IMG/VR virus record: IMGVR_UViG_3300021425_002093
Coordinates: 79,935 to 143,934 of that record
From: a virus
Strand: one strand, 5' to 3'
DNA length: 64,000 nt
How positions within the stretch are numbered: the first letter of the stretch is position 1; each line of letters starts with the position of its first letter. Shown here in pieces: positions 29,101 through 38,900 of the stretch. A model generated the notes under the pieces. That model saw only the letters and a program-made list of their open reading frames with translations, made no database searches and was not told the DNA's origin. Made by a program: the position numbers and the translations under genes.

Positions 29101-31116
29101 AGAAAATGTGGCAGCATTCGTTTGATAAGAAAGCTCCAAGGCATTCTGGACACCATCGAAGAAAGCAAACGAAGTACTGCCCGGCCCAGTTAATCCAAAT
29201 CTCCAAAGGTTAATTGATCCTTCATCTCTAAATGCAATTTGAGATCGACCTGTAGCGGATGCTCGATCAATCGCTAGACCAGCATCTCCATCAGCGAGAG
29301 TAATAACAGTAGCATTTTTTGAGGATAGTTTTCTAGCAATTGCAACATCACCATTATTTTCACATGTTATAAAGCTTGTAAACGCACCAGATACATCCGT
29401 ATTAGCAGATTGTCCCGTAAATCCAAAAAGACGCATTCCTCCATTACTATACTCAAGATCAATTGCAGATCCATATGTTGCTGTACTAGTCCAACCATTA
29501 TTATAATAGACATTGGAAGAAATATGAGCATTTTGAGTAGTTAAGAAAAGCGTGCCCGTACTTCCCGACCCGAATCCTGCAACAGTTTGAAAGCCTGCTC
29601 CAGTTGGCTTTTCGAATAATACATAAGTGCTATCTGGACTAAAGGTGCTTATTCCGTTCGCCTGAAGTCCTTCAACAGTTGCTGTACCAAGTAGCGACAT
29701 AGCACCTGATGGCTGAATTATCATTGGATATGTTAATGCACCAATCTCTCCAGTTGCAAACTTGAATTTTCCCCCACCTCCAGCATTTGCATTTGAGTGT
29801 AAAACAATATCAGAGATACTAGAAAGTACTGTCTTATTTGATCCGTCGATATAGTTTGTTGTATCGTCATCAAACTCTAAGAAATCATATGTGCCATTTG
29901 AAACTAGTTGTGTGGAAACAGTTCCCTCAAAAGTTGCGGCTAAAGATGTGCCACTTATAGTTAGAGCTAATGCCGAATTTGCTGTTGAGGTGCTATTTGC
30001 ATCTCCATCAACGTATAACTGAAAATCCCCACGATTGTTTCTGACAACAATTGAGCCTCCGTCATCAGTTAATAGAAGATCTGCAAACTGATCATTGGCG
30101 TTTCCTACAAATAACGAATTTGTTGTATCTGGCGAAACAGTTACCACAGAAATTGTACTGCTAGAATTAATATCTGGAGAGTCGATGGATGATGCAGTGA
30201 GACTACCAGAGTGAATCGCTCCAGCGACACCAAGTCCTCCAGCGAGAGTCATTGATCCAGTTGTTGTACTTGTTGATGCTGTCGTATCTGTCATATTGAC
30301 AGTGCTGTATGCTGTCGTTGGGCCAAACCTATTCCAATCATATCCATAGTTTAGTCGATTTGTATTATATGCGACTAAGAAAAGATTATTGATTCTTACA
30401 GCGCCACTGACGTTGTTCGGATTTTTAAGTGTGTATCGAACCGCTGTAACACCATTCGCATTGTTTCCCGCAACTGGACGTACAATGGTGTTTTCAGTTC
30501 CGTTTGTAATGTCACACTCAGTTTGCCATGCGCCGTTTCGAAACGTTTCTATTTTTACGTCTCTAGCACGAAATGATCCTGATCCAAAAGTAATTCCTAC
30601 AATAGCGGAATATGTTGTAGCGTTAACATCAGTGATTTCTATAACAAGTGGAGTTGTAGATGTCGCAAGCGTATATTGAGAAGGATTAGAATCACCAAGG
30701 AATTGACTGCCAGAATTAGAAACAGTTAGCCCATTGATTGTAGTCGTAACTGTATATTTTTTATCAGCGCCTGCTAAGACGTTGTAACTAGCGGGATCGA
30801 TAAATCCCTGATTTTCCATTGCATGTTCAGCAACTACACCTCTCAACACAGTTCCTGTAGAGGTCGAAGGAAATGTTCCGCTGAAGTTACCTACTCTAAG
30901 TTCATCAATTGTCACTCGATTAGCATTGTTGTCAAGTCGAATGATATCACCGTTTGAACCGGAGATCGTTAGATTCGCAACTCCAGCTACAATATTAGTA
31001 TTGAGTGTAATCGTGTCCGCTTCAGTACTAGTTGCTCCAGTAAACTCAATTTTAGGAACATTACTTGTAGATCCCACATTGGGCGTAATTAAAATGTTTT
31101 TATCTTCCCAGGCCAT
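26167..31116 (-). CDS. Long tail fibre with C-terminal intramolecular chaperone (peptidase S74), paralogue 3
   Basis: 1649 aa; N-terminus MAWEDKNILITPNVGS; GNVGIG..P...LHV repeats; SDVRLKTDI...GVIAQELE...YGNLVGYLIEAVK. Confidence 0.88.
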   Translation of the reverse strand: MAWEDKNILITPNVGSTSNVPKIEFTGATSTEADTITLNTNIVAGVANLTISGSNGDIIRLDNNANRVTIDELRVGNFSGTFPSTSTGTVLRGVVAEHAMENQGFIDPASYNVLAGADKKYTVTTTINGLTVSNSGSQFLGDSNPSQYTLATSTTPLVIEITDVNATTYSAIVGITFGSGSFRARDVKIETFRNGAWQTECDITNGTENTIVRPVAGNNANGVTAVRYTLKNPNNVSGAVRINNLFLVAYNTNRLNYGYDWNRFGPTTAYSTVNMTDTTASTSTTTGSMTLAGGLGVAGAIHSGSLTASSIDSPDINSSSTISVVTVSPDTTNSLFVGNANDQFADLLLTDDGGSIVVRNNRGDFQLYVDGDANSTSTANSALALTISGTSLAATFEGTVSTQLVSNGTYDFLEFDDDTTNYIDGSNKTVLSSISDIVLHSNANAGGGGKFKFATGEIGALTYPMIIQPSGAMSLLGTATVEGLQANGISTFSPDSTYVLFEKPTGAGFQTVAGFGSGSTGTLFLTTQNAHISSNVYYNNGWTSTATYGSAIDLEYSNGGMRLFGFTGQSANTDVSGAFTSFITCENNGDVAIARKLSSKNATVITLADGDAGLAIDRASATGRSQIAFRDEGSINLWRFGLTGPGSTSFAFFDGVQNALELSYQTNAATFSGRVNAESLELESSAAPYIYFGELDQDPDVWWRQVLDAGNLRFDISTSGLNSFTTYQEVLRMKSNGNVGIGEVDPAFKLHVRNNGAGDGTFTGGVLIENDNATAGEPALAIRNTSLGSEYWFVGLNQDDELSFSYGETFVDDNSRMNLLPTGNVGIGERVPLAKLHVKDETDLSMNVNGTGQATIQGNGYRLGFALDAEAAHIYHNSNVRDLILGTNELGHIRIKGSNGNTGIGRGNILVEPDSQFHVFDIGNSGVSDVLTIETYRGDVGASVAGSAIVFKNSDTNSAGQSRIKVGSENSTNTLGLNEECSQSFIFEVGRQTSAANTTSISVDSDNIVTVSHGTASFTVGQKIAIIGGAFASSYTVISVPSNTQFLARPTNTNVVGTTTDTTARLIQTTVQSDAMTIRADGNVGIGTTSPDHLLHLYKTNTSNTNPHILIDGPSNTERAIIFADDASDKWWMGRDNTGTVASGFGWYNHTLGKFAAYFEDAGDFTVDENIRITSGHDIIYADNSTPALRTRATAVGVNDTTYTTVFTCDGNGYGSALQVNFSGTSNNVVVAVTAYIIVNHSQDIFIRTDSGFYTPLAIRITSDNNDNFALEIKHGQATSSSTNIAVEVHPQGNEAITFTGSHSFVGNSLEHITEYGTKQSGSGGGNATFKTDGQLISGTSIVSGTTVSATKNYTYGGANYHYILEENSGNSFIGNVNGSLVASSGGYYYGAELRQMNPSATAYSAMNLRETGEIRFEQITGATGGTQVTTAVPFRIDATGNAIFTGTISANSLSLPSNGRVTAEVYDNSTGQEVIITGGESYTAITNGSGGSLTGEIVYVVAEGGLQVISHPNNWNDGASNFYTATAWSQRNTATINDAAGNSSFPGSITASGNVSAFSDVRLKTDIETLDGSKVYDMRGVSFIKDGQSGSGVIAQELEEVAPELVQDGEYKSVSYGNLVGYLIEAVKDQKKEIDELKAMVKHLLEKQ

Positions 31117-31125
31117 GTGAGTCCT

Positions 31126-34100
31126 TTACTTGTAAATCGCAGACATTAAAAAATCGAGTTTATCATTTATATTATTTATTGTCTCTTGCTGATCTTCTAT
31201 AACCTGCTGTTGCTCTTTGATTGCTTCGATTAGCAAAGGAACAATTCGCTCATAGTCAACAGTAAGAAACTCGTGATCAGTTCCAGACTTTTGCGTATAG
31301 TTTCCGTTAAACGGAGCAATCGATACAGCCTCAGGTAAGACTTCTTGAATCTCTTGTGCGAGAACACCCACTTCATGAGGCTTTGTAGGATGGAAGTCGT
31401 ACTCAGAAGTGATATCATCTATCCAATCATATTCAACACCACGAATCTTCTTGACTTTATCAATTGGATTAAGTATATTTTGGATATTTGTTTTGAGTCT
31501 TGCATCAGACGCATACGCTAAAACATTTCCCGTTGCACATACACTACCCGTAGTAGCATTGAGGAATATCCTTGCATTGCCATCAGCCGCTGCATATAGA
31601 CCCCAGCCATCAGCGTCCGCAAAGCCTATGAATGAAGCATTTGTATTCGTATATCCGATCCCATACATGTTAGATAAAGTTAGTGTGTCTGAAGATGGAT
31701 TATAATTGCTACCAATTGTATAAATTGGATTTGAACGTGCGGAGTTTTCCCCAATATTATTATATGATCCTTCAAGATGTCCAGAGTCATGCGAGCCTCT
31801 AGTTAACACATGACCCGAAGCTAAATTTATGTCTTGTTGATGTGTACTGAAATTAGTATACAACCCAACACCATCATTAAATAAATCCGCAAGTAATGAA
31901 ATTCTGGTTGAGGTGCCAGTCTGACCACCTATATCTGCTCCGCTAGAATTTTTGATCATTGCCGAAGATTGATCGGAAATTGGAGAAGGATTAAATCCAG
32001 TAGTATATGCTGTGACTACTGACTCTGTATGGAAGAAATAGTTTTCTCCACCACGCAAATAAACGATTATAAATCTTTGGTTTCCTGTTGTTCTGTATAT
32101 TCCGAGAATCGTTTTCTCGGTAGAATCATACACATTATATTCAAAACGATATCCAAACTGCATGTCTGAATATCCCTGTGGACGTGCCCATCCTACAACC
32201 ATATTGTTGTTATAAGGATCACTGCCAGACTGAGAGCTTTGAGACATAGTAAATTCATATGTGTTGTCGTAAGCACCACCTGTGGACTGAGATATCACAA
32301 CAGGATAAAAATTAGATTGGCTAAGTCCCGCTAGATTAATATTTTGTCGAGTTCTCTGAGGAGCATCCACTCCTCCGATTCTCAATGACGTACAATCTAC
32401 TGTATTAAGGTATGCATTTCTGCTCTGATCCAAAAACAGACTTGCACTCATGTACAGACCAGTTGTACCTGTCTGATTATTTCTAAAGTATACATCACCC
32501 CCGTCTGCTTGGAAATTTAGCGATGCGTTAGCGCCATTAGTTCTAGCCATGATTTCATTAGAGTCCATGATAATGTTAGCGCTATTGCTTGGACCAATCT
32601 GCAAAGCGTGAGTAGTGCTGGCCAAAGCCGCATCAGCAGTGCTTGTTAGCACTAATCTACTTGCTGTAACTTCACCATCGGAAGAGTCAATAATAACATT
32701 ATCACCACTACCACTATTTGCAATAAACTTAAAGTCTTGATCGACTCGGAAGCGATAGCTATTTTGATCGTTTACATCACCTTCACCCCAGCGCTGAAGA
32801 TTTGTATTTTCATCTCTTTTCTTAATATAAAGCTGAGAAGAATCACTGACAACTGTTCCCGTTGTACCAATCGCTAATACTTCTGGAACACTTACAAATC
32901 CAGTGTCGCTAACAAATAACTTTGAGTTTGCTATATATTCAGATTGGCCCCCAACTTCATCATATCCAACAGCCCAACCATTGAAGTTGTTATTGTAGAT
33001 AATTCCAGAGAACCACTCTTCGCCAGGAAATAAAGTATCAAGATATTTCGTCCCTATTCCACGTCCTTCATATCCAGTCATTTCAAAGATTGTTGTAGAC
33101 GCTGGTGCACCTGCCGTATCTGTTGCTTTAAGTCTTAGTACTGCACCTGTGACGTTTCCACCAAATGTATGTGATCCACCGGTCGCTGTTATCCCAGCGT
33201 CTGTCAGCGTAAGATCCGTAGAACTTAGTGACATTTTGACACTCATACTTACTGGATCAGATTCTGCAATTACAGGATTACCAGTTCCCTGATACCATTG
33301 GAAAATGTCGCCATTAAGCACAAAAGCACTTCTTTCGAGTGCTACTCCGCTAGAACTAACCCAGTCTCCTCCCCCACCTGTTGTAGCAGGCCAGACTCCA
33401 TATCCCATAACGGGACCACCGGACGATCTTTGTCCTCCCCAAGTAGCGATAGTGTCTGAATTATATCGTCCAGCAAGAATCCTAGATCCTGTTACAGTAT
33501 CTTCATCTCCAGCGTCAATTAGACCTTGAACTGTGACAGCTTGCGTACTAAAAAGAGTAGCATCACCCCGAATATAGTTTAGATACGTTCCAGCAGTGCT
33601 GTCATAATATCCGAAGTGTGTGCGATTATCTCCCTGATTTGTTCCATAATCATCTGTTGATAAGTATGCTTGTCCGTTCGGTATTGTGAAGGATCCAAAC
33701 TGAGATATCTGACCACTATTTACTTCCAGTTTTCCGCCAACTCGATAGCTGCCACTTGTGCTTGCGGACGAGGTTGCAACACTGTTGTCCAATTGTACTT
33801 CAGCAAGAAGTGTGTTGGAAGCAGTATAGGGTGCTAAAGCAGATTCAAATGTAGGCGGCTGTTGATTCGATGCAGCTCCCCAAGCACTACAGTATAAAGT
33901 AAATGCTGATATAGAACTATAAGTTAATTTAATCTGAACATACATGAGTCCGCTAGTATCGTCTCGAACTACTCGTGCTGCAGCTGCACCTGGCCAGGCA
34001 CCGTTTTGCGTCCATGTGCTTGCAAGATTGTGAATATATGCGGTGTTTGATGGTCCATATCCCACAGTTACAACAAACGTAGATGTAGAGTGAGCGGCGT

Positions 34101-35961
34101 TTTTCAGTCTAACATAAACGGGGGCATTGCTTTCAGTAACTTCAAATAATGTATACCAACTACCCGATACTCCAAATGTTGCAGTAGTATATGTTTTCTG
34201 CGATTCACGAGATAGCGGAAATCCGTTATCTTCAAATTGATCTGCGAAAACAGTGCCTGTAACTCTAACTGGGCGATTGAACGTAAATTCGTTTGCACCG
34301 TCGCTAGATGATAGAATCTCGAAGCGCACTGTATGGTCGTTCGTACCTGGCGAAACTTCGTCTTGACGATATCTAATATATCCGGTATTATCTGTAGTAT
34401 AAAGTTCGAAGTGCTGTCCCGCATCTCTACCCGTCCTAAGAATAGCATCACTTTCGCCTGAATAGTGAAATATGTCACCCCCCGAAGAAATTTCAAGTCT
34501 TTTTGTTGCGCCAGTAACAGGATCTGTAGTTCCAGAGTTACTTGTCGTTCCTGTGTAAAACTCAATCCCCCCGCCAGTGCCGACATTGCTTATAATTTGA
34601 AGTTGATTATCTCCTAAGCGAATCGCTGATTCTGTAATGTCTCCATCTTGCTTAAACCAAATGCCTGGGTGATCAGCTTCGCCTACATCATCCGTGTCTG
34701 CTTCAATAATAAGAAGTGAGCTTCCAGTGCCTCCAGATATATGCAACAACCCGTCCGGATTGTTAGTACCTATGCCAACTTTTCCCGTAGAGGTGATAAT
34801 CATTCTCTCAAAAAGACTATCAGCAGGACTATCGTTAGTGTAAAAAACTAAAGATCCTACAGCAGTATTACCTGTAGCTTCAGTAACGCCTTTAATGCCT
34901 GCTCTTGTAGTTCTTTGCGCACCGTTACCGTCAAAGTAGTTATCGCTGAATGTCAGCAAAGGCCCCTTTCCTACTGTATCAGATTCCCAGTTGACAAATA
35001 AATCCAATGCGGAATGTGTTAGTTGATGTTCATCTCCAAGAACTCTAGTGCTATCATCAATAACTTGTAGCTGTGTACTAGGATTTGAGGTGCCTACGCC
35101 AATTGCGCCGCCTGTAACAAGCGCACCACCCACTGTTACATCTTCGGTTGAAGAAATACTGAATCCAACGCCGGGTATATCGAAACTTGTATGTTGAGTA
35201 TTTCCAATTACAATTTCATTTGATGATGTCGCAGAAGTAGGCTCAGCATTCCATCCCAATAATAAGTTGTTTGATCCTGATGTAAGTGTAGATCCAGTGC
35301 CGTGACCTAGCGCAGTGTTTTTGTCTCCTGATGCTAAAAATCCGAAAGCACTGTGTCCAACACCAACGTTTTCATCTCCATCAACGTTTTGATCCATTGC
35401 ACGATAGCCGACCATGACGTTATAGTTACCCGTCTCGTTCAGTTCGAGCGCAGAGTATCCTATTGCGGTGTTTTGAGCGCCTGTCGTTTGATATCTTGAT
35501 GCAGACCAGCCAAGCGCTGTATTAGCATCGGTGGTCACAGCGTTTAGCGTAAGATATCCAATCGCTGTGTTTCGATCTACATTAGTCGCAGTAGATAATG
35601 CCTGAGCACCAACAACTGTATTTTCAAATCCTTGTACGTTCGCAGTATTTGCATTACGACCTATCGCAGTGTTATTTGAAGACGTACTAACAGCATTTGC
35701 ATTCAGTCCAAATGCAGTGTTTGTGGATGATGTGGTACTCGGGCCACCACGACCTAATATGAGTCCATCAACTGACATATAAGTGTCAGTTGTAAGCTGA
35801 CCGCCCGTTATTGCTAGAGACGTATTAGTTCCATCAAAACTAGTTGTGAGAGTAACAACACTGTTTGCTGTTGCGTTAGCGCCCGTAAATTCAATCTTAG
35901 GATCGTTAGAATTTGATCCTACATTGGGAGTAATCAGTATGTTTTTATCTTCCCAGGCCAT
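31126..35961 (-). CDS. Long tail fibre with S74 chaperone, paralogue 2
   Basis: 1611 aa; MAWEDKNILITPNVGS; NTAxGxxA repeats near the N-terminus; SDARLKTNI...GVLAQEIQ...VDYERIVPLLIEAIKEQQ. Confidence 0.88.
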   Translation of the reverse strand: MAWEDKNILITPNVGSNSNDPKIEFTGANATANSVVTLTTSFDGTNTSLAITGGQLTTDTYMSVDGLILGRGGPSTTSSTNTAFGLNANAVSTSSNNTAIGRNANTANVQGFENTVVGAQALSTATNVDRNTAIGYLTLNAVTTDANTALGWSASRYQTTGAQNTAIGYSALELNETGNYNVMVGYRAMDQNVDGDENVGVGHSAFGFLASGDKNTALGHGTGSTLTSGSNNLLLGWNAEPTSATSSNEIVIGNTQHTSFDIPGVGFSISSTEDVTVGGALVTGGAIGVGTSNPSTQLQVIDDSTRVLGDEHQLTHSALDLFVNWESDTVGKGPLLTFSDNYFDGNGAQRTTRAGIKGVTEATGNTAVGSLVFYTNDSPADSLFERMIITSTGKVGIGTNNPDGLLHISGGTGSSLLIIEADTDDVGEADHPGIWFKQDGDITESAIRLGDNQLQIISNVGTGGGIEFYTGTTSNSGTTDPVTGATKRLEISSGGDIFHYSGESDAILRTGRDAGQHFELYTTDNTGYIRYRQDEVSPGTNDHTVRFEILSSSDGANEFTFNRPVRVTGTVFADQFEDNGFPLSRESQKTYTTATFGVSGSWYTLFEVTESNAPVYVRLKNAAHSTSTFVVTVGYGPSNTAYIHNLASTWTQNGAWPGAAAARVVRDDTSGLMYVQIKLTYSSISAFTLYCSAWGAASNQQPPTFESALAPYTASNTLLAEVQLDNSVATSSASTSGSYRVGGKLEVNSGQISQFGSFTIPNGQAYLSTDDYGTNQGDNRTHFGYYDSTAGTYLNYIRGDATLFSTQAVTVQGLIDAGDEDTVTGSRILAGRYNSDTIATWGGQRSSGGPVMGYGVWPATTGGGGDWVSSSGVALERSAFVLNGDIFQWYQGTGNPVIAESDPVSMSVKMSLSSTDLTLTDAGITATGGSHTFGGNVTGAVLRLKATDTAGAPASTTIFEMTGYEGRGIGTKYLDTLFPGEEWFSGIIYNNNFNGWAVGYDEVGGQSEYIANSKLFVSDTGFVSVPEVLAIGTTGTVVSDSSQLYIKKRDENTNLQRWGEGDVNDQNSYRFRVDQDFKFIANSGSGDNVIIDSSDGEVTASRLVLTSTADAALASTTHALQIGPSNSANIIMDSNEIMARTNGANASLNFQADGGDVYFRNNQTGTTGLYMSASLFLDQSRNAYLNTVDCTSLRIGGVDAPQRTRQNINLAGLSQSNFYPVVISQSTGGAYDNTYEFTMSQSSQSGSDPYNNNMVVGWARPQGYSDMQFGYRFEYNVYDSTEKTILGIYRTTGNQRFIIVYLRGGENYFFHTESVVTAYTTGFNPSPISDQSSAMIKNSSGADIGGQTGTSTRISLLADLFNDGVGLYTNFSTHQQDINLASGHVLTRGSHDSGHLEGSYNNIGENSARSNPIYTIGSNYNPSSDTLTLSNMYGIGYTNTNASFIGFADADGWGLYAAADGNARIFLNATTGSVCATGNVLAYASDARLKTNIQNILNPIDKVKKIRGVEYDWIDDITSEYDFHPTKPHEVGVLAQEIQEVLPEAVSIAPFNGNYTQKSGTDHEFLTVDYERIVPLLIEAIKEQQQVIEDQQETINNINDKLDFLMSAIYK

Positions 35962-38900
35962 TAGGATTCCTTGCGATCTTTTTCGAGAGCATCAATACGT
36001 TGTTGCATATTATTTATTAGCTCTTGTTGCTCTTTTATAGCCTCGATAAGAAGCGGAGTAATTCTCTCATAGTCAACAGTCAAGAAGTTATAATCTTCTT
36101 GCATTGCTTCTCGTTCTTCAATAGGTAATTCTTCAAACTTATTCTTTGCTTCTTCTTTTGTAACTTCACGGCCAAGCTCTTCTTCCATTTGTCGCTGAAT
36201 CTTAGACCATCCAGTTTTCTGAGAGTAGATGCCATTGAATGGAGCAGTAGTCACAACCTCGGGAAGAACTTCTTGTACTTCTTGAGCGATAACACCAACC
36301 TCATGCATCGCAGTCGGTGAGAATTCATATTCTGTTTCGATATTATCTACCCAATCATATTCTACACCACGAATTTTACAAACTTTATCAAGTGCGTTTT
36401 CAATCTTTTTGACATTAGTTTTTAAGCGACCGTCTGATGCGTATGCAGTGATATTTCCTGTTGCAAAAATGTTTCCATTTGTTGCCTGCAACCATATTCT
36501 TGCATCACCATCTGCCGCTACATACATGCCCCATCTAGCGGTGTCATATGGTAAAAATGTTGCGCTTGAATACGTATATCCAACTCCATAAAAATTACCA
36601 AGAGTTGTGGTGCCGGGATACCAACTATTACCAATGCAATAGATAGGACCTGTAGTATTTGTCGTTCCTGCATTTTCTATATCAGGATAATTGCCGTTTA
36701 AAAATCCACGACCAGCGCTAATTCGACGATAAGAATCACTAACAAGTATTCCACCCGTAGCAGAGTTTGTTGTAGTTTCAGCATTTAAGTCGATGATGAC
36801 TTTATTGCTTCCGGCCCCTTTGAATCGATACTGATTTCCAGTTCCATACCATTGTAGTCCCCAAGCATCAGCCGCTGTAGCATTGCTAGGATAATATCTT
36901 TCGCTCAAGCCATGAATATCGTGATCACCATCACCTTGATCGCCTCTTGATATAAATCCTTGTCCTAGTACGGGTCGATTTGCAATCGCAGTCGGGAATG
37001 TGATCTGTCCTGCGGCAGTATCGTCAGTATCCGATCTTAAAAAGATTCCTGAATTACCTGTGTGATAAACTTCGTACCAATTTCCCCAAGTATTTGCATT
37101 GTGTCTACGAAATGCAAGTCTACCATCAAAACCCGTCATTCCCCATGCTAATTGTCCACCGTATTGATTTCCGTCACTCTCTCCGCCTCGATGACGAACA
37201 TTTACTAAATTATACCAAGCATTTCCAAACGGAGTATTTGCATTTGCGTTAAGCGCTCCAACATAAGTTGTAACTGTTTGTGTATTAAAATCTCCAGTAG
37301 GACCATTTGGAGAGGTGACTACTTTATATCCACTGGTATACATGTCACCAGCAACGGTAAGGTCTCCAGCACTTGTATCAAAAGTCATTTGGGTTAAGAC
37401 ATTAGAACCACTATTTGTTCCCCATGTAAAGTCCCCATTCATTCTATGCCAAGCATTAGGTACTCCGGTATTAACCACAGAAGTATCAGCAAAGAAATGT
37501 CCCGCTGCAGAATATTGGAGTTCTCCTGCTGATTGCAAGGAAGCGTTATATCCTCCTCCATTACCCAGAGATCCGGTAAAGCCAATTCCTCCGCTTAAAC
37601 CGGGGCTACCATCATCTTGAAAAGTAATACGGTGTCCAGTTCCATTATTTTGGTTTCCTGTTAAAAAAAGTTGTCCATTACCATCAAATCTAGCTTTTTC
37701 AGAACCCGCACCATCTCCAAAATATGTTCCGTTTGTAGTGTTAGCATACCAGTTTAAATAAATTCCATATCCACCCTCAACACAATCTACGTGTAAGTTT
37801 CCGCTGGAAATTGCTATCGATGCTCTGTCTGCGGCCGGCCCCGCATTATTACCCCCTATTCTTAAAGTGTTTGCCGCTGGATTACTATTCGGGCCAAACG
37901 TTAGTGTATTATCTCCAGTTAGTGTTGGACTTACAGAATTTGCACCTTCATGAATAACTCTATACTGTACAGTATCACCATCAGCGTATATCGGACCAGT
38001 TGTTGAAATGCCGCCCTGTGCTATTTGATTTAAGTCCAATCTAGACGCTTCAGTGAAGGACGCCCATGCGGATGTTGTTCCGTTTGTCGAATTACTTGCG
38101 GTTGAGACATTACCCGGGTCCGTAGCATCTGGTATCCAGTCTTTTAATACCCAACTAGGAGTTTGGACGTTATCTCCAACAATAGCGGCTCTAACTTGAT
38201 TAGAACCATCATCAATATAAATTTGAACTGCGGCTCCATCATATGTACCAAGTTCTTTAATGCGAATATATCTAAATGGATTTCCCGCAAAGTAGGAATT
38301 CATTAAGCACGTTAAAGTGTTAGACGCATCGGTACCATAATGATGAGCGGCGTAAAACACAACCATCTGATGGTCACTACTATTGATATCCCAAATAGCA
38401 AATCGAGCGCCCGCTCTACCAGAGCTGACAGTTGCAATTGTGTACCACCCAACAGCTAAATTAGTTGCTGTAACGTTATCGACATAACTATCGTCAAGGA
38501 ATTCGTCAACTTGAGCTTGAGTATAGTAACGGGTGTCGGTAGTTGTATTATAATTTGCTGTCGTTAGAATCTCATTTCCATCGACTGTGGCAATGCCTCC
38601 AGTCGGAGATAATCTAACCTCGCCTTCCGTGTTTCTTAGAGTCAATATGTCATTACCAATGCTTCCAAGGCCAACCCAAGCTGTTTCTGTGCCTTGTCGC
38701 TGAAAACTGACATAACCTATTTGATTTGTCTGGGTAGTAGCATTGGTGTCATTCACTTCCAGTACGGGAGAGCCAGTAGCTATCTCTAAGTTTCCGCTGA
38801 GAGATCCCCCCGACAACGGAAGCGCTCCGATTTCAGCTAAACTCCAAGATACATTTGCTCCACCGTTGACTGCTTTTCCAGTATTTCCTATAGTAAGAGT

